This document shows positions 7,856 to 17,049 of a stretch of DNA of 64,000 bases, in pieces (position 1 is the stretch's first letter; every line of letters begins with the position of its first letter). The DNA lies in the NCBI GenBank assembly GCA_965216735.1, contig OZ244198.1:4927478-4991477 (forward strand), in the 5' to 3' direction. The position numbers and the translations under genes are program-made. The DNA comes from Arenicellales bacterium (GTDB lineage: Bacteria; Pseudomonadota; Gammaproteobacteria; Arenicellales; CBDCFT01). The notes below the pieces were generated by a model that saw nothing but the letters and a program-made list of their open reading frames with translations, searched no databases and had not been told where the DNA came from.

Positions 7856-10279
7856 ATGAAAGAGCGTGTGCAGGTAGTGATTGTCGGTGGTGGCATCATG
7901 GGTACCAGTTTGTTGTATCACCTGACGAAAGAGGGATGGACGGATTGTGCTCTGATTGAAAAATCGGAGTTGACTTCCGGTTCTACCTGGCACGCTGCTG
8001 GGCAGGTCACCCACTCGGTGTCCGGATTTGCCCTGGGCAAGATGGCGGGTTATGCCATCGAATTGTATCCGACGTTGGAAGCCGAGACTGGTCAATCCGT
8101 GACCTGGCACGGTTGTGGCAGTCTGCGCATGGCTTACAGCGATGACGAAGTCGACTGGTTGCGCTATACCATGAGTGTCGGCCGCGGTTTGGGTTTTGAG
8201 ATGGCGATTATCTCACCTGAAGAAATCGCGGCCATTCATCCCTTTTATAACTTGGACGGCATCCAAGCCGCGTTGCACACACCAAACGACGGTCATGTCG
8301 ATCCGGCCGGCGCGTGTTTCGCGCTCGCGAAAGGCGCGCGGCAAATGGGTGCGACGATCATTCGCAATACCCGTGTCACTGACATAAGGCAAACACCGAA
8401 CGGTGAATGGAACGTTATTACGGAAAAGGGAAATATCATTTGCGAACATGTAGTTAACGCGGGAGGCACTTACGCCCGCCAAATCGGCGCATGGGTCGGT
8501 TTGGATTTACCCATTACCAATATGACCCATCATTATTTGGTCACCGATACAGTGCCGGAGTTTGCCGATCTGGGCAAGGAATTACCGGTGGTGCGTGACG
8601 ACCGCCAGGTCAGCGGTTATATCCGCATGGAACAAAAAAGCGGTCTCATCGGTGTTTATGAAAAAGCTAACCCTAATACCGTTTGGGATGACGGCACGCC
8701 GTGGGATGTGGATCACGAATTGTTCGAGGCGGACTATGACCGCATCATGCCGTGGTTAGAGAATTCCTTTGAACGTATGCCTGTCTTGGCGGAGCTCGGT
8801 ATCAAGCGTGTGGTGCACGGCGCCATCACCCATCCACCGGACGGAAACATGTTACTCGGTCCGGCACCGGGGCGGAAAAACTTTTGGTGTTGTTGTGGTT
8901 CGCAAATTGGCATTGCCTGGGGGCCGGGTGCGGGCAAGTACTTGGCCCAGTGGATGGTGTATGGCGCAGCGGAAATCAACATGCGCGATTTCGATCCGCG
9001 CCGTTATGGTGCCTTCGCCGATCGCGAGTATCAAATCATCAAGGCCAAGGAAGACTATTTATTACGGCATGAAATACCTTATCCGGGATTTAACCGAACC
9101 GATGGCCGTCCGGTCAAAACCAGTCCGTTGTATGACCGGCTCAAACAGGCAGGTGCGGTTTATGAAGAGGTGTATGGTTGGGAACGGCCACGATGGTTTG
9201 CCCGTGACGGTATGGAGCGAAAAGATGTGCACAGTTTCCGGCACACAACTTGGTTCGACGCCGTAGCGGCCGAGTGCCGGGCGGTACGTGAGCAGGCAGG
9301 TATCATGGATATCTCGGCATTCAGTAAACTGATCGTTAGCGGCGACGATGCAGAAACTTTTTTGAACCGCATGGCGGCGAACCGGGTTCCGCGCAAAACC
9401 GGCGGTATTGTTCTTACCCATTTACTGAACCGCAAAGGAACCATAGAGGCGGAAGTCACCATCGCGCGTACTGGCGACGAAACGTTCTACTTAGTGTTTG
9501 CTGCTTTTTTTGAACAACGCGTTTTGGATTGGCTAATCCAGCATAAGGCGACGGGCGAGAATGCAAGTATTGAAAATATCTCCGAATCATTTGGTGCGTT
9601 GGCGCTGTCCGGCCCTCGTGCTCGAGATGTGTTATCCCAAGTAACCAGTGCCGACCTATCCAACGAGGACTTTCCGTGGTTAAGAGCAAAGGTAATTAAT
9701 ATTGACGGCGTAAGTGTGATTGCCTTGCGTTTGTCGTATGTGGGTGAGCTGGGGTGGGAACTGCATTTACCGATGGAAAAGTTGAAAAATGTATATGATG
9801 CTCTGTGGCGGGCAGGACAAGCTCAAGGTATCGAAAATTTTGGCTCCTACGCTATGAACAGTATGCGCTTGGAGAAGGCATTCAAAGGTGCAAGCGAACT
9901 CACCAACGAAGTGACGCTTCCGGAAGCGGATGTCATGCGATTTGTGAAATTGAATAAACCTGATTTCATCGGCCGTGATCGCACTATCCAAAGCATGGAA
10001 AACGCGTTGCCATGGAAATGTGTTTATCTTCAGATGGATAATGATGATGCCGATTGCCACGGTGGTGAGACGGTCTATCACCAAGGCCGCCGCGTGGGCG
10101 CAGTCAGTTCTGGCGGTTATGGCCATACGGTCCAGAAAAGCCTGGCCTTTGCCTATGTGGAACCCGCCGCAGCGGTGCCGGGTACCACGCTCGAGGTACT
10201 GGTGCTGAATCAGATACTCCCCGCTCAAGTTTTAAATCAACCCGTATATGATGCAAACAATGAAAAGCCTCGCGCCTAA
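7856..10279 (+). CDS. FAD-dependent oxidoreductase fused to a GcvT aminomethyltransferase domain (dimethylglycine/sarcosine dehydrogenase family)
   Basis: Dinucleotide-binding 'VVIVGGGIMGTSLLYHL'. About 800 aa with a C-terminal GcvT-like region ('LSYVGELGWELH', 'GGETVY..GRRVGAVSSGGYGHT'). ATG at 7856 is preferred over the track's TTG at 7847. Confidence 0.9.
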   Translation: MKERVQVVIVGGGIMGTSLLYHLTKEGWTDCALIEKSELTSGSTWHAAGQVTHSVSGFALGKMAGYAIELYPTLEAETGQSVTWHGCGSLRMAYSDDEVDWLRYTMSVGRGLGFEMAIISPEEIAAIHPFYNLDGIQAALHTPNDGHVDPAGACFALAKGARQMGATIIRNTRVTDIRQTPNGEWNVITEKGNIICEHVVNAGGTYARQIGAWVGLDLPITNMTHHYLVTDTVPEFADLGKELPVVRDDRQVSGYIRMEQKSGLIGVYEKANPNTVWDDGTPWDVDHELFEADYDRIMPWLENSFERMPVLAELGIKRVVHGAITHPPDGNMLLGPAPGRKNFWCCCGSQIGIAWGPGAGKYLAQWMVYGAAEINMRDFDPRRYGAFADREYQIIKAKEDYLLRHEIPYPGFNRTDGRPVKTSPLYDRLKQAGAVYEEVYGWERPRWFARDGMERKDVHSFRHTTWFDAVAAECRAVREQAGIMDISAFSKLIVSGDDAETFLNRMAANRVPRKTGGIVLTHLLNRKGTIEAEVTIARTGDETFYLVFAAFFEQRVLDWLIQHKATGENASIENISESFGALALSGPRARDVLSQVTSADLSNEDFPWLRAKVINIDGVSVIALRLSYVGELGWELHLPMEKLKNVYDALWRAGQAQGIENFGSYAMNSMRLEKAFKGASELTNEVTLPEADVMRFVKLNKPDFIGRDRTIQSMENALPWKCVYLQMDNDDADCHGGETVYHQGRRVGAVSSGGYGHTVQKSLAFAYVEPAAAVPGTTLEVLVLNQILPAQVLNQPVYDANNEKPRA

Positions 10280-10309
10280 GTGCGGGGATAACGAAACAGG
10301 AGTTAGAAA

Positions 10310-11638
10310 ATGAATAATCCACAACCCGTGCCTATAGCCAGCCCGCTCACGCTAACACAAGCCGATTACTACAGTATAGCCGAAGCCAATTTACCTGGCG
10401 CTGGTCTCGGTGGCTATTCGCTGCCCGAAGATGTCCGATTTGTCATTAAACGCGGGCAGGGTTCCCGGGTGGAATCGGTAGACGGCCGTTGGTACATCGA
10501 CTATGTGGGCGGTGCCGGCGCCAATATCATTGGTCATGCCCATCCACAGGTCATTGAAGCTGTGCAACAACAAGTCACTAAAGGATTGCATTTCTTTGGC
10601 ACGCTTAATGACACAGCTATCGAACTGTCGCAAAAGTTAGTGGATACGATTCCTTGTGCGGAAAAGATTATTTTCACGACAACCGGCTCGGAAGCAACTT
10701 TCTACGCGCTACGTATTGCGCGTGCCGCGACTGGACGTAACAAGATATTGAAATTTGAAGGCGCTTATCATGGTAATCACGATTATTCCTCGTTTGCGTT
10801 GTTTCCCACCGGGCCGGCCCAATATCCCGTAGGCAAGGCGGATACCGGTGGCGTTCCTGACGCCCTGCAGTTCAGCGTGCTGGTGGCACCCTATAACGAT
10901 CTCGAAACGGTTGAGCGGATTGTTAAGGAACATCGCGATGATCTAGCGGCCATCATCGTTGAGCCGGTACAACGCATTATTTTTCCTCAACCTGGATTCT
11001 TGCAAGGGCTGCGAAAAATTTGCGACGAAAACAATGTGATTTTCATATTTGACGAAGTTGTTACCGGTTTCCGTTTGGCCTTGGGCGGTGCTCAAGAATA
11101 TTTTGACGTTACGCCAGACCTCGCCAGCTACGGAAAAATTGTCGGTGGTGGTGGCCCATTGGGTTGTGTTGCCGGTCGGGCAGACTTGATTGAGTGTTCC
11201 AATCCACGGAAAAAAGGCCAAACCAACTACGCTTATGTTAACGGCACGTTACATGGCAATCCGATCGCTGCCGCTGCTGGGCTGGCCACCATTGATGTGA
11301 TCTCGCAAGCGGATTTTTACCGGGGTTTACACAGCAAAACAGACGAGTTGCTCGCTGCATTGCAAAGTATGTTCAATGATTGCAGTGTGCCTGCCATTGC
11401 CGCCGGTCGTGCCTCGTTTTGGCAAATTCTTTTTATGCAACAAGAACCTGCCAATCAAATGGACTTATTGCATAGCGATACGCAGCAAATGCGGGTGTTG
11501 GATATCGAAATGTTGCGGCGTGGAATTTATACCTTGCCGGGTGTGCGCCGTTTTGTGTCGTCGGCTAATACCAAGGAGGATATTCGAGAAACGGTGGAAG
11601 CGCTGAAATCCGCAATCGATGTGTTGGGATTAGGGTAG
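10310..11638 (+). CDS. Class III (PLP) aminotransferase, glutamate-1-semialdehyde aminomutase-like
   Basis: 'YIDYVGGAGANIIGHAHP', 'FTTTGSEATFYALRIARA', 'IFDEVVTGFRLALGGAQEYF' and 'DLASYGKIVGGG' (putative PLP lysine). Confidence 0.85.
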   Translation: MNNPQPVPIASPLTLTQADYYSIAEANLPGAGLGGYSLPEDVRFVIKRGQGSRVESVDGRWYIDYVGGAGANIIGHAHPQVIEAVQQQVTKGLHFFGTLNDTAIELSQKLVDTIPCAEKIIFTTTGSEATFYALRIARAATGRNKILKFEGAYHGNHDYSSFALFPTGPAQYPVGKADTGGVPDALQFSVLVAPYNDLETVERIVKEHRDDLAAIIVEPVQRIIFPQPGFLQGLRKICDENNVIFIFDEVVTGFRLALGGAQEYFDVTPDLASYGKIVGGGGPLGCVAGRADLIECSNPRKKGQTNYAYVNGTLHGNPIAAAAGLATIDVISQADFYRGLHSKTDELLAALQSMFNDCSVPAIAAGRASFWQILFMQQEPANQMDLLHSDTQQMRVLDIEMLRRGIYTLPGVRRFVSSANTKEDIRETVEALKSAIDVLGLG

Positions 11639-11808
11639 GGCGGTTCTCCTGGTGAGGTTGGGATATCCGTACAAATCGTGAGGCGCAACAACGGGCGGGA
11701 ACTTTTTACATTGCTTAACTTTTGCATACATAGCATTCGCGTGCAGATGTACTACCATCCGCCGCTGTTCTTAATTCAGTGAATAGTTAGCAAACGGAGA
11801 AGTGAAAA

Positions 11809-12216
11809 ATGTCAAAATCCATAGAAGCGATTGAAGGAATCGGCCCGGCTTACGGCGCCAAATTACGTAAAGCGGGCTGTTCCAGTCCTGCCAAGTTGCT
11901 CAAAGATGGCGCGACGCCAAAGGGACGCAAGGCGTTGGAGGAAAAAACCGGTATCAGCCGCTCCATCATCTTGCGTTGCGTCAACATGGCGGATTTGTTC
12001 CGTATCAAGGGAGTCGCCAGCCAATACGCGGAATTACTGGAGGCCGCTGGCGTGGATACGGTAAAGGAGCTACGCAATCGAAACGCCGAAAATCTTGCTC
12101 AGAAAATGAAAGAAGTCAACGCCACAAAGCGGCTTTGCAAAATGGTTCCCAGCGCCAAGATGGTAAATGGTTGGATAAAACAGGCAAAAAAGTTGAAACC
12201 GGCGATAAGTTATTAA
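11809..12216 (+). CDS. DUF4332 domain protein (helix-hairpin-helix-like)
   Basis: 'IEGIGPAYGAKLRKAG' and 'IKGVASQYAELLEAAGVDTVKELRNRNAENLAQKM' match the DUF4332 pattern as I recall it. Confidence 0.75.
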   Translation: MSKSIEAIEGIGPAYGAKLRKAGCSSPAKLLKDGATPKGRKALEEKTGISRSIILRCVNMADLFRIKGVASQYAELLEAAGVDTVKELRNRNAENLAQKMKEVNATKRLCKMVPSAKMVNGWIKQAKKLKPAISY

Positions 12217-12233
12217 AGACAAGTACACGACTC

Positions 12234-12260
12234 GCCGGCAAGGATTAACGCCTTGCCGGC
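12234..12260 (+). terminator. 10-bp GC-rich hairpin downstream of the DUF4332 gene (no U-tract)
   Basis: GCCGGCAAGG-attaacg-CCTTGCCGGC, starting 18 nt after the stop codon. No T-run follows, so intrinsic-terminator status is uncertain. Confidence 0.35.
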
Positions 12261-12442
12261 AACCAGACGTAAAAACAGCGCATTCCACGCTCTAAAAACC
12301 TCATTTCAAGGTCACCGCAGCAAGCGGTGGTGTAAGGGGTCAATACCTTTCTATTCTCCCACTTCATGGCTCGCACGAAAGGCAGGGAGTCACTGATAGA
12401 ATGTGACCACGATTCACCGGAAATGATGTTTTCTACTTGAAC

Positions 12443-14557
12443 ATGCCTAACCGCCTGTCCACCGCTACCCTTGAACAAATGCTCGAGCGCTTGCTGGAAG
12501 CGGTGTTGTCGTCGCGCCGTACGGCGGGAGAGCCGGCAAAGGCGATGTCACGGTTGGATCGTGAGCATCAGGAATTTGTGCTGCATTGGTTGCGTATTAT
12601 TGCCAAAACCAATGTCGAACTGGCTTATCAGTTTGTCTCGAATGTCAGCCATGCATTCGACGTGATGGACCAAGATCAGATCAAACAATGGATCATGCAC
12701 GCTCTCGATGTTTATGATCGAGATGGTCTTTATCCCGGTAGTTCAGTGTTGCGCGAAGTGCAGGGTTTTGGCGCCATGGTCCAGCAGCGGCAAAGCGGCG
12801 TCACACTGGAAGATGCGTACAAGGTGTTGCATGCCTATGTCAATGGCTTGTCGGGACGATCGTTGCAAATTGATGGTGGTGCACAGTCTTACACCAGCGG
12901 TGAAACACTTTACTTGCCACACAGTCTGCATCGATTTGATAAAAAACAACTGAATTTCAAACTGTACAAAGCGACCATTGCCCATCTGTGGGCGCAGATG
13001 TGGTTCGGCACGTTCCGTCGCAAAGACGGCCAGAGCAGCCTAACGACTTTGTTCAAGACGTTTGATTCTCCGAGTAAGGCGCAGGAGTTGTTTTATTTTT
13101 TGGAAACGATTCGGCTCGACGCGTGCATCGGACGAGAACTGCCGGGTCTAGCGCGCGATATGCAGCAACTGCAATCGATGACGGATGAAGTTGAAATACC
13201 GCAAGCGTGGCAAGCCATCGTCGAAAGATTGAAGCAAGCTTCGACCAGTGTGACCGATACACGCCGTGCATTGGCCAGGCTATACCCGCTCGTCCATGAA
13301 TTGCCCTCAGCTAAATGTTATCAAGGCACGTTTCGCGCGGAGCTTACCGAGGCGACGGTGGAGCAGCGGCAACAACGGGAGAAAGAGCAATTTCAGCAGG
13401 AATTAGCGAATTTGTGTGATAAATTGACCCTGCCTTATGAAGCCATGGCAGGCGCCAGCCTGGAACAACTCAGTGAAGGTCAACCGGCGCCGGAGCAAGC
13501 CTATGCATTAAATGTGGAGGAGCAAACGCTGACTCCAAACGACGATTTGCAGGCGCTATTACAGTCGATTACTCAGGATTTTGGTGAAGTGCCGGACGAC
13601 TATTGGCAGGCAGTGAGTACACAAAACGGCGCAACCGACGAAACAAATAGTTTAAGCAAAAAGCCGCAGCGCGAAAAGGTGGAGGGGGACGCCATCAGTT
13701 ACGATGAATGGGATTTTCGCCGCCAGAGCTATCGCAAGGGATGGTGCTTTTTGCGTGAACAAGATGTGCGCTGCGGTGACGCAGAATTTGTCGAAAAGAC
13801 CCTGCAAAAATACGCTGGCGTCGTGCGCGAGTTGCGCAAGACATTCGAAGCATTGCGCTCGCAACCACGCCCATTGAAACGGCAACGAGAAGGCGATGAT
13901 ATCGATTTGGATGCGTTCATCGAAGCCTATTCCGATATTGTCACCGGCAACGAATTACCGGAACGCGTTTTTCGGCACATGCATACCCAAGAACGCGACA
14001 TGGCAGTGGTATTTATGGTTGACATGAGTGGTTCAACCAAAGGATGGATCAACGACGCTGAGCGTGAGAGCCTGATATTGTTGTGTGAAGCTTTGGAAAT
14101 TTTGGGGGATCGCTATGCCATATTTGGTTTTTCCGGCATGACACGCAAACGTTGTGAATTATTTCGTATAAAAGGACTGAAAGAGGATTATAGCGACGAA
14201 GTTAAACGGCGCATCAGCGGCATGTGTCCACAGGATTACACTCGCATGGGGGTAATTATTCGTCATTTGACCAAAGTGCTTACCGAAATTGATGCCCAAA
14301 CGCGCTTGTTAATCACCTTGTCAGATGGAAAACCGGATGACTATGATGGCTATCGTGGTGAATACGGAATTGAGGATACTCGACGTGCCTTAATGGAGGC
14401 TAAGCAAACCGGTGTCCATCCATTTTGTATCACTATCGATTCGGAGGCGCGCTCCTATTTGCCGCATATGTACGGTGCGGTGAATTATACGGTGGTCGAC
14501 GATGTCAGCCGGCTGCCATCCAAGGTGTCGGATATCTACCGGCGCCTGACCAGCTGA
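12443..14557 (+). CDS. NorD/CbbO-family protein with a C-terminal von Willebrand factor A (VWA) domain
   Basis: C-terminal 'VVFMVDMSGSTKGW...IFGFSG...YTRMGVIIRHL...LITLSDGKPDDYDGYRGEYGIEDTRRALMEAKQTGVHPFCITID' is colinear with NorD/CbbO VWA domains (MIDAS DxSGS). ATG at 12443 is preferred over TTG at 12437. Confidence 0.8.
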   Translation: MPNRLSTATLEQMLERLLEAVLSSRRTAGEPAKAMSRLDREHQEFVLHWLRIIAKTNVELAYQFVSNVSHAFDVMDQDQIKQWIMHALDVYDRDGLYPGSSVLREVQGFGAMVQQRQSGVTLEDAYKVLHAYVNGLSGRSLQIDGGAQSYTSGETLYLPHSLHRFDKKQLNFKLYKATIAHLWAQMWFGTFRRKDGQSSLTTLFKTFDSPSKAQELFYFLETIRLDACIGRELPGLARDMQQLQSMTDEVEIPQAWQAIVERLKQASTSVTDTRRALARLYPLVHELPSAKCYQGTFRAELTEATVEQRQQREKEQFQQELANLCDKLTLPYEAMAGASLEQLSEGQPAPEQAYALNVEEQTLTPNDDLQALLQSITQDFGEVPDDYWQAVSTQNGATDETNSLSKKPQREKVEGDAISYDEWDFRRQSYRKGWCFLREQDVRCGDAEFVEKTLQKYAGVVRELRKTFEALRSQPRPLKRQREGDDIDLDAFIEAYSDIVTGNELPERVFRHMHTQERDMAVVFMVDMSGSTKGWINDAERESLILLCEALEILGDRYAIFGFSGMTRKRCELFRIKGLKEDYSDEVKRRISGMCPQDYTRMGVIIRHLTKVLTEIDAQTRLLITLSDGKPDDYDGYRGEYGIEDTRRALMEAKQTGVHPFCITIDSEARSYLPHMYGAVNYTVVDDVSRLPSKVSDIYRRLTS

Positions 14558-14720
14558 TTTTGCCATTTCGATCACCTTAATATTAAGGGTCGCCGCGGCC
14601 GCTGATGGGGTATTAGGAAAAGGTGAGCTCCGGATCCTCGCCAGTTTTGGATTTGGGTGTATGGAAGATTATCAGCCGAGCGATTCTCGGCCTGCTATTG
14701 TAAAAAAATTTAAATTTTAT

Positions 14721-14775
14721 TTGACGGACACAATATCTAGGGGTATGCTCCGATCTTGTACCCCAGATATAGTGT
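14721..14775 (+). promoter_or_regulatory. nrdJ promoter (TTGACG-17-TATGCT) overlapped by two NrdR boxes
   Basis: Box 1 is ACACAATATCTAGGGGT (14728-14744) and box 2 is ACCCCAGATATAGTGT (14760-14775). Both are imperfect palindromes resembling the NrdR consensus acaCwAtATaTwGtgt. Their starts are 32 bp apart, and they sit in the spacer and over the predicted transcription start site. Confidence 0.6.
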
Positions 14776-14889
14776 TTTTCATCAATATGTGATTAAATAC
14801 CGGGGGTTGTCAGACAGATCTAACACATAGGATTAACTTTGAAAGCGGATCCTGTAATAACTTTAACGATAGGGGAGGTATTGGCGTAG

Positions 14890-17016
14890 ATGAGTGCCGC
14901 CAGCCTAGAGCAAGCTGTTCAAACCACAACACAAGAAATCCCGTTGCAATCTGCTTCGGTTGATATCTGGGACAAAAAATATCGATTAAAAAGCAAAACC
15001 GGTGAAGTTCTCGATAACGATATCGAGGACTCTAATTACCGCGTTGCGCGTGCCTTGGCTTTAGTGGAAACCACACCGGAAAAACGTTCGGAGTGGTTCG
15101 ATAAGTTCTATTGGGCACTGCAGAACGGCGCGATCCCCGCAGGCCGTGTTTTATCCAACGCTGGTGCACAGGAGCACAAGCCCGCTACCAGCACCATCAA
15201 CTGCACCGTTTCAGGCACCGTCCCCGACTCTATGGACGGCATTCTAAGTATGGTTCACGAAGCTGGACTCACCCTTAAGGCGGGTTGCGGCATCGGATAT
15301 GAGTTCTCTACCCTCCGCCCCAAAGGGGCATTTGTGAGTGGCGCCGGGGCCTATACCTCCGGCGCCCTCTCTTTTATGGATATCTTTGACGCTATGTGTT
15401 TTACCGTGTCGTCCGCCGGCGGACGCCGCGGCGCGCAAATGGGTACGTTTAATATCTCTCATCCGGATATCATGGATTTCATCCGCGCCAAACGCAGTGA
15501 TGGCCGTTTACGCCAGTTCAATTTGTCCTGTCTGATAACTAACGAATTTATCCGTGCGGTAAAAAATGATGCCGATTGGGATTTAGTGTTTCCGGCTACG
15601 GAAGCTGAATATAACGACCAAGAGTGCCGCAAGGTCTGGCGTCCATGGCCAGTGAACAAGGGCTATGTGACAAACGAACGTGGCGAAGTCGCCTGTCGAG
15701 TGTATAAAACTATTCCGGCCAAACGTTTGTGGAACATGATTATGGTATCCACTTACGACTATGCCGAACCGGGGTTCATCTTGATAGATCGTATCAATGA
15801 GATGAATAACAACTGGTTCTGTGAGGACATTCGCGCAACCAACCCTTGTGGTGAACAACCCTTGCCGCCCTATGGTAGTTGCTTGTTAGGGTCGGTCAAC
15901 TTGACCAGGTTTGTCGATGCACCGTTTACCGATGCTGTCAGCTTCGATTGGAAGCGATTTCGCGAAGTGGTTGCTGTATTCAGCCGTATGTTGGACAACG
16001 TAGTGGAGATTAACGGCCTACCCTTGCCACAACAACGTCACGAACTGATGTACAAACGCCGGCACGGTATGGGTTTTCTGGGCTTGGGCTCGGCCATGGT
16101 CATGATGCGTATGAAGTATGGCGAGGCCGATTCGTTGGCGTTTACCGAACGTGTGGCGCGTGAAATGGCTGAAGTCGGCTGGCAAGTGGGATTGGAACTG
16201 GCGCGTGAGAAGGGCGCTGCACCGATCGCACTAGAGTATTTCACTATAACGCCGGAAATGATGGCTAAACGCCCGGAAATGGCAAAAGACGGTATTAAAG
16301 TCGGTGACAAGATTCGTGGTTCGGTGTTACTGGCTAAATACAGCCGCTACATGCAGCAATTCCCAAAGGATTTAACCGACCGCATCGCGCGTGAAGGGGT
16401 GCGTTATACCCATCACACCTCGATCGCACCAACCGGAACCATAAGTTTATCCGTGGGCAACAATGCTAGTAACGGCGTTGAACCGTCTTTTGCACACCAA
16501 TACAGTCGTAATGTGATACGCGAGGGACGCAAGACCAAAGAAAAAATCGACGTCTTTTCCTATGAGCTACTGGCATACCGGACATTGGTTAATCCCGATG
16601 CAATACCGGGTGGTAAAGATGAAAACGGATTGCCCGAATATTTTGTCAGCGCTGAAACCATTACGCCCAAGCAACATGTCGATGTACAGGCAGCGGCGCA
16701 AAAATGGGTGGATTCTTCCATTTCCAAGACAGCCAACGTGCCAACCGACTACCCCTTCGAGGAGTTTAAGGATATTTACATGTATGCCCATGACAAGGGT
16801 TTAAAAGGGTGTACCACATTTCGCTTTAACCCGGCCGCGTTTCAGGGTGTATTGGTGAAAGAACAAGATTTGGCCAATACCACTTATCAATTTGAACTTG
16901 ATAACGGCGAAATAGTAGAAGTTAAAGGCAACGAACAGATTAAATATGATGGTGAGATCCATACCGCAGCTAATTTGTACGATGCGCTAAAAGAAGGCTA
17001 TTACGGTCGTTTTTAA
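14890..17016 (+). CDS. nrdJ: Class II (adenosylcobalamin-dependent) ribonucleotide reductase, large N-terminal polypeptide NrdJa
   Basis: Active-site 'TNPCGEQPLPPYGSCLLGSVNL', 'AGCGIGYEFSTLRPKG' and 'SIAPTGTISL'. It ends before the usual C-terminal region, which the next ORF supplies. Confidence 0.9.
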   Translation: MSAASLEQAVQTTTQEIPLQSASVDIWDKKYRLKSKTGEVLDNDIEDSNYRVARALALVETTPEKRSEWFDKFYWALQNGAIPAGRVLSNAGAQEHKPATSTINCTVSGTVPDSMDGILSMVHEAGLTLKAGCGIGYEFSTLRPKGAFVSGAGAYTSGALSFMDIFDAMCFTVSSAGGRRGAQMGTFNISHPDIMDFIRAKRSDGRLRQFNLSCLITNEFIRAVKNDADWDLVFPATEAEYNDQECRKVWRPWPVNKGYVTNERGEVACRVYKTIPAKRLWNMIMVSTYDYAEPGFILIDRINEMNNNWFCEDIRATNPCGEQPLPPYGSCLLGSVNLTRFVDAPFTDAVSFDWKRFREVVAVFSRMLDNVVEINGLPLPQQRHELMYKRRHGMGFLGLGSAMVMMRMKYGEADSLAFTERVAREMAEVGWQVGLELAREKGAAPIALEYFTITPEMMAKRPEMAKDGIKVGDKIRGSVLLAKYSRYMQQFPKDLTDRIAREGVRYTHHTSIAPTGTISLSVGNNASNGVEPSFAHQYSRNVIREGRKTKEKIDVFSYELLAYRTLVNPDAIPGGKDENGLPEYFVSAETITPKQHVDVQAAAQKWVDSSISKTANVPTDYPFEEFKDIYMYAHDKGLKGCTTFRFNPAAFQGVLVKEQDLANTTYQFELDNGEIVEVKGNEQIKYDGEIHTAANLYDALKEGYYGRF

Positions 17017-17049
17017 GGATCAGGCAATCGAACTTTGGGGTAGAACAAC

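Noticed and set aside
14558-14700. Possible cobalamin riboswitch upstream of the B12-dependent nrdJ. 'AGGAAAAGGTGAGCTCCGGATCCTCGCCAGT' and 'AGCCGAG...GGCCTGC' loosely resemble the GGGAA..GGTG..CCCGC.ACTG core and the B12 box.
   Set aside because: The matches are partial, and the B12-box match needs a ~9-nt insertion. The segment lies upstream of the TTGACG-17-TATGCT promoter and NrdR boxes, so it is outside the predicted nrdJ transcript. B12 riboswitches are not known to control nrdJ. A cmsearch with RF00174 would settle it; I cannot support it by eye.
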